Below are positions 40,062 to 54,414 of a stretch of DNA of 64,000 bases, piece after piece. This stretch comes from Lingula anatina (taxonomy: Eukaryota > Animalia > Brachiopoda). The stretch lies in NCBI GenBank assembly GCA_051362555.1, contig CM120647.1, positions 11,508,651-11,572,650 on the forward strand, given 5' to 3'. The stretch's first letter is position 1, and each line of letters opens with the position of its first letter. A program made the translations under genes and the position numbers. Below the pieces are notes generated by a model. The model did not search any database. It was not told where the DNA came from and saw nothing but the letters and a program-made list of their open reading frames with translations.

Positions 40062-43000
40062 CTTGTCACTAGAATATCTGGCTTTCTTTCCTTTTTGAGT
40101 TATGAGCAACTATGACAAGGTGAGCAAGGTATCCCACATCCTTCATACCAAATCGATGTAGCCTAAGGGCTCATTCCCAATGTAACTATCGTTCTACGTA
40201 TATTGATCCAACTCCGTGAAGACTCCGGCTGAATGCAAACAGATACACAGATTAACACGCATCATCCTATTTTCAACGCACTCGTATAAACGCTACATTC
40301 TACTCAGGGGGGGGGGGGCGTGTAAGTTGCTTAATCTGATTGTATTCAGTGAGTGTCCCCGAGAAGTTGGATCGGTCAACGTAGAAATAAGCCCTTAATA
40401 ACTTACTGATTGACATAAACTTGTGACAAACGCTATGTTGAAACCACCACCATCGATTGCTGTGTATAGACGTGGTGCGTCTCCTTCTGCATATTTTTAG
40501 AAAGTTTTGCTGTTTGAATATTACTCTTTGTTTGCATTGTTTCATTTGAACAGGTAACTGTGATTTTCATTGTTGAATTCTTCCTGCTTGGTGAAAACAG
40601 GCTAAGGATAAAATCGATGACAGTATCTCTGGGAAAGATGCTCTTTCAAAGTTTGTCAAATGGCTCATTAATACCACCAATTTATTTATTCTGTTTAATA
40701 TTGTTTGTGCTTTTCTTTAAGAAATGCTAAGGATATATTTGTGCTTTGATTCTGTAGTTGAAACATATCGCCGAAGCAACTGCTCCGTCCTTTACTATTT
40801 GTACCTTGTAATGTCGGGATGATAGATACATGAAATATTGCTATTGACATTTCCGAGGTCTCCATTAGCATTGAATTGAACTTTTGTAGAGCTGCACTAC
40901 CTTTGGTGTCAGTTAGTTTGAGTGCTAAAGTCAATTTTATTCATATACAATGGCAACCAATCATCAGCGTGGTTTTGTTGGACAATGACAGTTGGGTATG
41001 ATGAAAGCAATAATAATAGAAAGATGAGACAAAATATTGATTTTCAGCCATGTACAAAAACGTTAAACTTAAACTATTCAACCTGTCTCAGAGATGACTA
41101 CATGTACTAGTATAGGTAAATGTACAAAGCAATCCTCCAACACAACCATATCTCAAGTTTGGAAAATGACAGAGGAGTGATAACAGAAAGATATGAGACA
41201 AAAGATTGACGGACGTTTTAGTGTAGATTTAAAAGGTCAATGTATTCGATATTTATCATAGATGGGTACAGGTGAACACGGGTGTATTTCTCCTGTCATA
41301 TTGGAGAGACTGAAGTCTCTGTACTAAGTGCAATGGCATTTAAATATAGTCTCTGTACTAAGTGCAATGGCATTTAAATATATTACATGTGCAAAAAGCC
41401 ATTTATCTTGTCAAGTCCGTTAACCGGGGCAGAGGGTGGGGGGACAAAAAAAAGTTCTCCTGGTCGGAAGTGGTAGGAAGTGGTAGGCTCTGCAGCAAAA
41501 TGTATTTTTGTATCTGTGGCATTTTGGAACAACAAAAGGGATAAAAAGGACATTTTTTTCAGAAAAAGACCCACTTTTGCATCGCTTTCTGCGCCCCGAA
41601 TGTGTATGCACATATTGCAAATTCAGAGAGGCAACTACGTGTACATAATGTCTTTACATAGCATGTATGAGGGCTGTGTGTTGGGATATTAGCATCATCG
41701 TATGGAAATGACCATGGTCGACTTACATTAAACTAAAAACTAGTGGGGTCTGAATTCTGTTGGAATAGGAAAGAGAAACTGAGGTACTAGTAGCTCCACC
41801 TTGAGGAGGGGGGCGGTAGTTTATATTTATTGCTGTCTCTTATTACTATATAGTGATCTCAATTTTTGGTATATTTTGTGAAAAATGCAGTCCCATTTTT
41901 TATTACTTGTCGACGTATTAAAATGCAGTAGGTTCATTTTATTGCCAGATTTTGGACATAAACCAGTCCGTCCAGTCCTTGGTCCACATGGTGCTGCGAC
42001 CTTGATTAACCTCCAGCACAGCGCAATCTCTTCATCTCATCTAACACAATCTCGTATGTTGAGGCGCTAAAAGATGGTCAACTACACCGACTGTATTCAC
42101 GCACCACCTAAAAATAAAACATATGCTAGACAAGCTGATGACGCCTGCTGTTTTCGTTAACTTTTATTCGAGACAGTTCTCCAGACAGTTCTACATATAT
42201 TACACAAATGCCACAATAACGTGTCCAAACAGAATTGTTGTAATACAATACACTGTGTCTTTAGACAAATGCAGTCTTTTTGTTGACGATCATTAACACC
42301 AGTTCATTTGCTTAGGCTAGGTTTCCACTGATAATGCCATGTTGAAATGACGTGCGCAGCACATGTTCTAGATCTCAAGTCGCTCGTTATGGCTTCTATT
42401 CTTATACTGTATACACCTTATCCTTGACTAAACACGATTTTATCCCTAACAATTAATTACTTCATGCATTTAAAGAAACGAAATTATTTTCGTCACACAA
42501 CTATTAAAATATTGGGTTTCCACTCCAGTATTTTGGTGCCTATTATGTCATCTTCATCCTGGACTGAGGCTAGTGTTATAGTAGTCTGTATATACTAGTA
42601 TAACTGAACGGTGCAGCCAGCCCCCACCTCCCTCAATCCTATCTCCACGGAAACACCAATATAAATATTAAATTAAAGGTACATTGCGTGCTAATTAACT
42701 GAGGTATTAGGCGAATCCACATTTAACTGCAGTCGTGACGTAATGTGCCGCGACAGAACTGCAGCCTCATATCCGTGCAGTCGTACATATCTAAAAGTTC
42801 AGACCAGTTGTCAGGGTCAAATCCCTTCGTAAAAATAGACCCGTGTTGCGACTCACACATTTATCAATATATAATCCGTGATAATTGTTGACTGAAGAAA
42901 AAATTAGAGATCTGTACGCTCTTGTAGGATAAACCACCCATACATATCGACATGAAAAGTTTATCAAGTACGGTAGCACAACACCAATTATTCTATTTCA

Positions 43001-43288
43001 CGTATTGTCATCAACATATAACACTTCATTAGTAGATTTTGGTTGCAACGTCACGTGAAGCCCGTCCAGGTGTCATGAGAATTCACGTGTAGACCATTTA
43101 GCAGTCATGAAAAGTCACGTGTTTTTCCATTGTCATGAAAGGTTACGAATGCCTACCAACCATGAAAAGACAGGTGCACGTGCCCTCTTCTGGTGACAAG
43201 AAAAGTCACAAAACTTAACGTTTGTCAATGCAATCATCACATGTCCCTTTAGTGTTAACATTTTTGTTCGTCACTTTAAGATCAGCAG

Positions 43289-46200
43289 TCACAATTTGGT
43301 CGACAGTAAGTTACCATTCTCGCCACCGTCTTCATTGGGGTCAGCCTTTTTTAATGCCTCACAGCAATCAGCGTCGCTGCTGGCCTCGTGCCTGGACTCG
43401 GCGGGGTTCGGCGACCAATCCAACTTGAGGTTCTTCTTATCATCGGGCGTGCTCGGAGCCTCGGTCTCGCGGACGATCTCTACCCCGTTTAGAAAGTCAT
43501 AACGCTTGTGTAAATACTCATTTCTGAACAAGAAGTCTGTGACGTAAGAAACCAATATTATGCCGAGGAAACTGATCAACATACAGGCTGTTCTGTGAGG
43601 GAAATACTGGGTGTGTGACTCCGGGTCGTACCAGGGCCATTTTATCACGGGGGAGAGCGATAGCGCGGGCTCTCCCGCTAGGGGGCGTATGACAGAGGCC
43701 AAGACGAGCCCCGTTATCGAGCCGTAGACGTTTGCCGCGGGCAGGAAGAGTGCTGACGTCAGCTGAGGGAACATGATGACGTAGATGAGGTCGGAGCTGA
43801 GGATGGTCAGTGCGAAGATGCTCTTAATGAAGATGGCTAGTACGGTGGTGACCACGGCAAAAGCCACCATGAAGAGGCGAACTGACCAGATTAATTCACG
43901 TTCACCAGCCTGAAAACAAACATAGGGTTAAAGCTAATATATACAGTTATTGTTCCTAACACATTTTACTAATATAATCATAACAACATAATTTCCACAG
44001 AAATATGTTTATTTATTTATTTATCTATTTATTGATATTTTTAGGGTAAACGCCTGGTATGTTTAAAATGTATATTCGTCGTGGCGCTAAGTTCTGTAGC
44101 TTTTACAAATAAAAAACAATACAAAGTAAAAAGAATTAATTTAGATGAAAAAGTAATGGCATTAAAAGAAAAGAGAAAAAATGAAAAATTTCTGGTTTCA
44201 GACATCAAGCTTTATGAAGACCAGGGCCAAACATCCCAAGCTTTAAGTATTGAAGTGCTTGAAGCAGAAGTCTAATTCAATGTATCGGATGAAGTCATTT
44301 AAGTCTCGCCTGGATACAAATTGTTTAATGAAGTATATGATTTCCGCTTTGTTTCTTATTTTAACGAAATCGTTTGCTCTTTAAGTGAGGACTGCGTGGT
44401 GATAAACATTTGGCGTGCGTTTTCGTGTGTTTGTCTGACCCAAGCGTCGAGCCGGTTGTTAAGGACTCCTAGCAAGGCCTTGACCTGTTAGAACAGCATT
44501 TGTATATCAGATATTCTTCCCAAGCTGGTATTTAGTGTTTTCCACGTCCGCCCTGATATTAAAAAAATGAATGAGCGATATGGGACCCCGCGGTTCCATC
44601 TGCTCTTAGGCACTAAACTGGGCGGAAAAACAATTATGGTAACTGTAACTCTAATAAAGTATTTTTTGGAAGTGTACAGGAAATAGAGCGAGTAAGACTA
44701 TATACTATCACAGACATTGGCAATTTCCTCTGCTACGTGTGAAACTACACAAGTGATCTTTGATGGATTTACGTGGTCGTTTTTAGCCGTGTGTTAGCGT
44801 TTGTTGAATTAAAAGTAGGCAATCTTCAGAATTTAAATGAAGAATGGAACAATTGCTGAAAACTCAATTCAAATTAATTCCTAGCTTTTTCCTCGGCCAG
44901 TTCAATAAGTGCATAGTCTGCAGAACCCAAGCGAACCGAGTTAGTCTAGCTAAGTCCACTTTCTAGAATAAAAGCCACCACTGCTTCATAGATCCCTTTC
45001 TCTTTTATATGTCTGATGCCTTTTCCTTGAAAATAATCCAAATTTGGTGATAATCTGTCCCCAAAAGTTCTCAAATTACTTAAGAGCCCGAGAAAACCAG
45101 TGCCGCAGACGACAGAACGTAGGAGTGAGATAGCGTCCTGAGGTGGTGGACATCACACAGTCACACCCGGCACGTGTGGTGATACCACTTTAGTATATTT
45201 CCCTTGAGGATTGATTTTCTCTGGAACTACACTTCGTCCTGTACTCAAAGTATTGAACAAATTAGTGAAATCAGCGAGTGGCCAAGAGATCGGAAAATGG
45301 TTCCAATATTTTTTTCCAATATTTTGCTATAATGTACATTTAGCTTTTGCGATTGCGCCCTTATACGGGCCTTATGCTTATATTACTTGAGCACAACATT
45401 TTGTTTGAAGGATTGTCCTAGACTGAAGGAAGACTGTTTTAATCCTACCACCTTATTGGAAGGACGGAGTCTTCCTTTGTCCAACACGTGTTGATCTAAA
45501 CTGCTTTTGTGTATATCAAACAAATTCCACCCACCAACTGTATTACGGAGCCTACTTTGCTTAACAACAACGTGTCTTTGTTACCATGAAATACCCCTGA
45601 TAATGAAACTGCAGCGTACATAAAGGGCAATGAACCGAAGCCAGGTTTGTTTCTGTCCCGCAGCAACTTGTATTATGGACGTTTTCGTAAAACAAGACGG
45701 TACCATTAACAAGTTGGCTCAAACTTTACACACCAGTGGCAACGTGTGAATGTTGCTGGTTAACACAAGGTGAAAGATTCCATAAATTTTATTCACTAAT
45801 TCATTCATTCATCTACATGTATGATTTAATATCAAAAACTTAGGCAGGATTTACGCGTGTTCCCTACGTAGCACCTTATAGAGGCTGTTTTATTGACAAT
45901 GGGATGGTGACCATTGCGGTATTGTGTATAAATTGTATTGGAATGTTCAGATTGAGTTGTGTTGACTTAGCTAAAGCGGACTAACTGCACGGGGACTCTC
46001 GCTGAATGCAATCAGATCAACCGTCTTACACGCGTCCTGTTTAAAATGTAATGGTATAATCATCAGCTTCTCTGTTTTACCAGACGCCAGGGGGAGGTGT
46101 GTTAATCTATTCATCTGATTACAGTCAGCAAGAGTCCCCGTGGGATGTGCCATTAGGTTGGTCGACATTACTCATTCAGAATGGTGCCGACGACTTGTCG

Positions 46201-49200
46201 AAGGCTGAACTTACCCTGGTCTTGTGTGTGTCCCTCAGCGGTTTGTAGACGTTGTTAGTGAACATGGAGCTGGACGACAGCATGATGGAGTCCGCAGACG
46301 ACATCACGGCAGCCGACACCGCCGCCAGCCCCACCACAGCAACTGGCGGAGAAGATTGAGAGGGAAATTATATAGAAATAATAATAATAATAATAATAAA
46401 TGTGATGATAATGATCTTTACCTGATCGAAACAGCAAAAGGATGCTTTAGACAATAATAATAATAATAATAATAATAATAATTATTATTATTATTATTGT
46501 AATTATTATAGTAATAATAATAATTGCATTCCATAACATTTCAATGGTCTTTACAAAGAATATTGTGATTTGTGTGAAACTGACCCACATTAATTACAAA
46601 AAACACAACATAATGGCTGACATTTTAAACAGCCATAAAAATAAGAACTTTAAACAGAAACAGCATCTGGTATACACCGGCCCAACCATAACACGGCCTG
46701 GTCTAACCCTCATCTAACTTATCACCCAGACACATTAACAGAAAGAAACAAAATTATCCTCCAACTTCCCGCCAGGGAATCAAAGGGATGTCATACCAGG
46801 GACTTACGCTCCTCAATTTGGAATCGCCTGTAATGTGACTTTACGGCAAATATATTTGTAAACAACTGGACACTAAAACTTACTTGAGTAAAGAGAGAGG
46901 CATGCTTTTTAAAAATTCATAGTGGCGGTCGCTATATTATCTAAAGGGCTTTTCAGAACCTAGTTGAACGGTGGATTAACTTCATTGCACGCGGAGATTT
47001 AATTGGTCTAAAGGGGGAGGGGGGGCACGCCCGGTAGGCAAGGAATTCATTATCAAGCACACGCCCTGTTTGATCCATGGATGAGTTAGTCCACGGATGA
47101 GCTGAGTTCTAAACTAGTCCTTAAAGTAAACTTATATGAATTTTATGTACCTTAAGGCAAGGGCAATATACAGGAGGAACTCGTCCATCAGTCTAAATGC
47201 CCGTCTGTCACGTGACTGACTGACATAATTTTGAAACGTATTATGTGGCTTTATTGAATCAGTATGGCTGAAAGCATGTATTGTTTCAGAGTATAAATGT
47301 CAATAGAAACGGGTAAGGCAAAAAACTGCAATATCAGTTGCCAAATGAGATGGTCTCAATGCAATTACTCCTCTTAAATCCCACCTTTCTAGAAGACAAT
47401 TCTTTAAAAATAGAAATCACTGCAGGTAATTAGCCGTAATGCGTCCACAGAGCGCTAAGGCAATCAGAGATTTAAACAGAGAACAAAAAATTGAGGATCC
47501 CTCTGTTCTGGCAGCGACTGCCTTTTCTTTTTTCTGAGCGTGTCAGAACTGACGGAGGTCTAGATGGACTGATGGCATCGTCAATAGTAATGATGTCATA
47601 GTTAAAAAGCCACTGTGGTGATTAGTATTGACAGCTGGCACGTTTGACCATATCAGTGCTGCCGCGCACCTCCTCCCACTCTTGAAGAGGTACAATATAA
47701 GTGTTGTTACTGACAATACTTGAGCCTGCTTTTGTGTTGTTGAAAGTTTCCCTTTCCACTACCGTGTTGGGGTTTGGAAAAATCAGATTGAAGTGATTGA
47801 AGCAACTTTTAATTGATCGACTTTACATGACAATATAATGCCCAACTTTTTATTTTTATACTGATCCTATTATTAAAAGCATTCATATTTTACTCATTGA
47901 GGGGGTGTATGGGATGCTGCTTTTAGTTATGAACAAAGATAGCTAGGTTTGAAAGCAACAGCGATAACTGCAATGTAAATAGCCCGACAAAAGTCCTTCA
48001 ACTGACAGCTCTGGAGCTGATTATATACTCCAGTATTTCATTGTTTTGTAAACTCTCTTTACATTTTCTGGAGTGGTCCAGACATTGGAGTGCAAGCGTC
48101 ACCGCGTTGGCCTGCTGTTATAAGTCAATTATCACCATAACTTAAGCAAAAAACATTCTGACAGAAATATTAAGTCCTGTACGCAATTTTGCTTTGTTGA
48201 CGAAATGCTACAGCATATTTTTATACGTACTGATATCATCTTAATAGCACCTTAATACAAAACTTTATTGTGATGGTAGCTTGTCTCCTTTGGCTACAAG
48301 AAAATAAGCATTACCTGCAAATGGCGTCAAGTGTTGCAACACTAGAGGGGCAATCAACTTCAAGTCTTCGTGAGGAAACGGGAGCTCTCCGTCGTAGGAA
48401 GTAGCATTCCAGTCTAATACGAAAAGAGACAAATCAAATCATTGCAGCTTCTGTTAAGTTTTCCGTCATTTCAAGGCGGCTCGTCATATATAAATCACAC
48501 CATGTTGTTATACTGCTTCCTTGATTAATGGATTGGTGCATTAGTCTCGTCATAAAGATACAACGAAGAAAATTTGATCGTAAAATATTTTCGTGAATAA
48601 AGTATTTTTATTCCTAGGTATTATAATCGGGTGAAACTGTACACCAATACTTAATCACAGGCACGGTTACAATTGTGACTGTGCACCAATATTTAACCAT
48701 AGACGCCATTACCTTTATGACCATATAGGCTACCGATATTCAATAATACACTAAAAAGGAACAGAAATTGTAGGGTCAACATGTTTGTAATTTACAAACC
48801 ACAATCAACCAAATAACACCGATTTTTTTTCTGAAATTTTCATTGAACTGAACCTTTTAGCGTTCTACTTACCGGCAGAGACAGCGGCCATTCCTATTAA
48901 TAACGGAGGAATGGTCGCCAAGAGACCCCCCAGGGAGCCAGCAAACGTCACCATCTGGGCCATCCTGGCCGTCTTAACGGCTAAGATACGTTGCCATATA
49001 AACTGGAGGAGAAAATGGAGAAATGGGTGCGTTTTAATACGAAATAAGGGGATCCAACATCCAGCAAACACGTCACGTTGATACCACGTGGTTAATCCGT
49101 CACTATGACGTTATAATGTGGTGGCAACGTGCTAGCCACGTGATCCGAACGTGACGTGTTTGCTGGGATAATATTAAAAGGGAAAACCTTGTCTGGTTTC

Positions 49201-52200
49201 TACAGGATAAACATGTAGCTTGATGGTGTAAATATCCCCCCATACCTCGACTCATCCAACACCACCAGCTACCCTGCAAACACAAAACGTTAAAATATCG
49301 TTAACGTAACGTTTATTTAAAAAAATATGGTACGCAATTAAAACGCTATAAAACGTTACGTACTTGCTGGGAAAATCCAGTGAATGGCAATTAACTGACA
49401 TTTTCGAAACTAAACTCAGACTATTTTCGCTGAGCACCCTGAGGTTCCTACCTGCCAGGGGATTCCTCCCAGCATCAGCTGTAGCAGGACGTCCACATAG
49501 GTCCCCAGGGTGCGGGGGTCCAGGGTACCCACCCAGCGGTCGGCAGTCTCTGGGAGAGGGGTCACATAGGGACTGGTACAGATGAATGGAATGGCGACCC
49601 ACTGTGGTGATATAATATAGTTGTTTTAAGTGTAAACAAATAATGCCATTATAAATGTACTCTTTGATTTAATGTCTTATTAAATTTGATAGTTTTACAT
49701 CTTTTAAAAAGAAATTTCATATTTGAAGTTGTTTTAAGTGTTAAATTATTAATGTAATTTGAAGTGCACCCTTTAATTTAATGTCTTCGCTATGGATTTA
49801 CAGCTTGTTTTTAATAAAATATTTTATCATTTTATCATTGTAAAGTCTACTGAACTTCGAAGGATTTTAGACTAAAAATAAATATAATTAATATTATTAT
49901 ATATTAGACAGGTTCACTGAGGTTACAGTTTCATTACCTATTTGTTTGAAATGACCAATAGAGTTTCTTTTGTGTACAACTATAGAATGTTACCAGCCAA
50001 TATTTCGTCCGCTGACAGTCGTACTTCATCAAGGAAATGAGGGTGGTAATAGTCAGGGTTAGAATTCAGTAGAGGGAGAGTGGTGGGATCTGATTATGTC
50101 TAAACCATGAGTGAGAATATCGTTCTTGTAAATCTAAAGTTGTGTTGATCACATGGATAGGGCTTATGATTCACAAGAAGGTGGTTCTATTTCTTAATGA
50201 ACTTATAGATTACTCAATATTTCGTCAAACATTTATGTTCTTCGGTTCATATCATTTAAAAATATTTTTTTCAATTTAATTACCACTTTTTAGCTTTCGA
50301 CTTTAGAGTTAGTGCCGGGCACTAGGGCCAGATAAAATTTATAGCTGGTTTACACACGGCTCCCCGTCAACTGTGTCGGTAGACAGCGTTTATGTTTGTT
50401 TATGTTAAACCCACAGTGTGAGCAATGTTTTAGGACACAAGATAAAATTCAAAAGCAATAGAGTTTTTCCTGGGGTTAATTGATATTTTTCCTCCCTACC
50501 AATCTAATGCCAAAGCAGCTCTTTTGCATTAAAAATAGAAACTAAAACTGATTGCCTTAAAATTAGGGTCGGTCATGCCTGTAACCCTACGCACCAATTT
50601 TCCCTGGCTTTATCACAACTTGTAACATGCTCCGTCTAGTTGAGGTGCTATTTCACGTGTTCTGTGGTAATAAACTTCTGTTTTAATTTATTTGTCTAAC
50701 TAAGCTATTTAATAACCCGAGACACCCACATACCAATTGTGACCCTGTTCTGTACTCGAGACGAGGTGCATTCTTAACAAAGTGGTAGTGGTCGTCATCT
50801 ATGTGAGGTGAAGCTGCGGGTTTTTTTTTAGTGCGTGCACACTTTCTACCAATAACAATAAGCGTGTGACTAGAAATTAAATAATTTCAAACTGGGGTGA
50901 AGGTGGTGGAGCTTTTCTGAAAGAATTTGACCCCCTTAACTTGATCAATGACGTGACATAGAACTTAGATCACGGTTTGGTGCAGAGCAGACCTTTTCTG
51001 AAAAAAGGGACGGTTCATTCAATTTCAATCTGCCACACGTTTTTTTTTTCTTTTTGAGAAATTGTGTAGCATCTACATACAAATGTGTTCCACGCACGTT
51101 ATCCTCAAGATAAGGACGACTTTCCCTCTTGTGGTTCGACAGTGAGAGCTTACTCCATTCCAGCTCAATATAAAGCTGTGATCCCCCTATTTTTATTATG
51201 TGAGAGAAATAAATGGAATTTTATTTTAAAAATCACCCTACAAGATAACAAAATATTTTATACGCTACAGCTGTGAGATCTATCAGTCCATGTATATATG
51301 ACCCTATATTACTATATCCAAAAAAGGAAAGTGCATTTTATTACAATTTTTAACAAACAAATAAGACTGATACAATAATTCTGTCACACTATCAACTATA
51401 TATTCATTGTAAGACCTTTGTATATTGACGATATAGCTGTACAGCAGTTGGACCTTAAGTTCATATTCGATATTAATCGAGCATCTACCTCGCAGAGAAA
51501 GGAATTTAATAAAATGATAAGTTTTGATACGTACCAACCCCAGGAAGATAAAAACCATCTGCATGACGTCGGTATAGGAGACGGAGTAGAGACCGCCGAA
51601 GAAGGTGTAGACTAAAACAACCAGAGCTGAGACCAGGATGGAGATCCAGTCCTCTAGACCTACCACAACTGTCAGTGTGGTGCCTGGAGCGAATGGGGTA
51701 GATTAACAATTAATTAAATAGCAGTCCCGTAGCCAGCAATTGCAAAAGGGTGGTTCTTTTTCTGAAAATGTGGACCTTTTGTCATGAAACCTTAGTTTAC
51801 CTAGATCAAATTTACCCAGAGTGGACCTTTCCTAGGAAAAAGGGAGTTCTTTGTTGGTATAGAAAGAGTTGTTTTGTTGTGTGGGTGGTGGGAGGTGAGG
51901 GTCCTTTTAAATTTCCAAAATTTCTAATAGAACTAAGTAATATGTACGATTATCATAATAACGTGTGAGAAAAAATTTATTGTGATAATCATACATATTA
52001 CTTAGTTCTATTAGACAATAAAAGTTTTCTCACACATTATTATGAAAAATGGTCAATATTAATGACATTTCTCTTGGCATTAAAAGGTACTTAGGAACAC
52101 AGTACTTTACATGTATTCAAGACCGTTCGGGAACAACTACACAACAAGAATCCGTTCAAAGATCAAAATGGACACTTACCCAGTGATGAAAGCGTCGCAG

Positions 52201-54364
52201 CGCACCAGAACAAATCCCCCGACATGGCCGGAAAGAACAATATGGCCGCCATGACTTTTCCAAACTTCCTCCCCAGTGGATCCAACATGGTGACGTAACC
52301 CTTCCCTCGCATCTTCTTCACGTAAAACGCCCCAGCTGCTCCAGGAAGAAATGTTTATTAAAGTGTTTCTATGCGTTTAAATGACCTAAGATGGTTAATT
52401 ATTTTTTACCCGTTTTTTTATGTTAAATACTTATCTACATGTAGATATTGATGAAATAGAATTAAATATTTTGCAGCAAAAATCCCCTTTTTGTATCTTT
52501 TATTTACCAACCACTTCTGCTTTTAAGCTCCTCCCCCCGTTTATCGACAATTAACTGGTTAATTAAATAAACGTCAGACAGTGATCGGTTTGCATCGTAA
52601 CTTCGGAACTAAGTGAGCCATTATTATGAAAGTAGGCATGGTTGACAACAAAGGAGAGACTACAATATGGTGCTATCGATTGCATTTGATTCTTTGTTTA
52701 TGAGATATAAGCCCCTAATTAAAAGTTTATGTTTATGAGATATGGGTCCCATCAAAAAGGACAATATTTCGCCGCTTTACTGATAAAATCGAAAGAAATC
52801 CTTCCAAGAAAATTCCCTGGAACCAGATTGTAATACTGATTGTTGTAATGAAATAGGTGTTATTATGGTGTTGATAGCTCTCAGGCCAGGGATATTTGTT
52901 TAAAATCGAAAACATAATTTTCGCAAAAAACGTTGCTGTTACCTCATAAGTTCAAAAGAACCATTTCGCCCCGATGTATTTTTTGATGTGAATGTATTAT
53001 CACAAAGCGCGTGAAACCTTCTCCCTGCATTATTCAAGCGGATAAGGAATTAGGATCGAAACACCTTATCCTACTGTGACTGAACACAGGACTCTACAAG
53101 TCACGTCAGGATCACGTGACTACCGTATTACCACCATATTTGAACGCAAGGCAAGGTGACAGTCACGTGGTCCAAGCATGGCGTGTTTACTGGGAGTACA
53201 GAAATTCTCTTCAGGTTTACAGGGCTGGTTCGTTTTTATCTTAAATTCACGCTGATGTGGCAAATACATGTACTAGAGCAGCATTTAGTCTTTCCTCCCT
53301 TAACACGAACTTGTTACGCTTCATTACCGACAGTCGCATATCCTCTAATAGAAAGAAGTTTTCTGAATAGAAGGCAATTACGTTCCCCCACATTTCGCCG
53401 CCTAACTGTACGAACATGAAAGAACAGCTGAGTGAACGAAATGTGCATCGATTTGTACATTCATAAATAAACATTAAGAAACATTTTAAACGCCATTTAG
53501 ACCAATTCAAATGACACTATAACTCTGTTTTTATATTATGCAACAAAGCATACTTAACCTTCTCGTATGTTATGCGTGAATGGTTATTAGTATGTATGTA
53601 TGAACGAGTGTGCATACGCACCTGTGTGTTTGTGTGTGTGCATCGTTTAACGAATGTCCTCTCAGTATTTTAGCGCGTCTTGAAGAAAGCCGTTCTTTAT
53701 TTTTCACTTGAAATGAGCCAGCTGATAAAGTTTTGCGATGTTTTATAATGCGGTTCGCTTCACAATGTAATAATGGCTTATTTATGATCAGTGGTTATTT
53801 GCGTAATGTGTAGGCTAATATTTCTGCTTGCTATGGCACCACGTTAATGTCATATTCAGTTCATTTGAATTTTCTTCTAAGGCCACATTCACCACAGAGT
53901 TGATTGGTGGACTAACAGATCTGCAGATCAAATATGGCCGACCCAATTGAAATCTGGCCGCGTAATCCCCGCGGAGATTCTGTTCAGTGTCTATTGGCGG
54001 ATTATGCAGCAAGCTTTCAAGTGGCTCGGTCATATTTGATCCGCGGATCTGTTAGTCTGCGGATCAACTCTGTTGTGAATGGTCTGTAAAGCTAGATACG
54101 AGTACGTTACCTAGAACGATAGAAGCCAGATATCCTAGTGGCATCTGTAGAGCAGCATACCCGGATGTATAGACTCCCTCCGCCACGCCGCTGATTAGGG
54201 AGCCGTCCACCCAGGTGGCTGGAAAGATATATATTATATTATATTATATTATATTATATTATATTATATTATATTATATTATAGCACATTTACATCATAG
54301 CAGAAGAAATTAATCCAGGTCCAATCCAAATTAATAAATATGTAATGCACTTAACACCGTAACA

Positions 54365-54414
<50 letters not shown>

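Noticed and set aside
41315-41385. 34-bp direct duplication (and a 20-bp one at about 54767-54806)
   Set aside because: Ordinary slippage-type local duplications with no associated feature.
43289-43300. C-terminal STKL of the CHT-like protein as a peroxisomal PTS1
   Set aside because: PTS1 targets soluble matrix proteins. On a multi-pass transporter it is at most a class I PDZ-type ending.
44300-45700. Higher-complexity intronic DNA that might be a decayed retroelement
   Set aside because: No ORF or RT/transposase motif is recognisable by eye, so it cannot be supported without a homology search.
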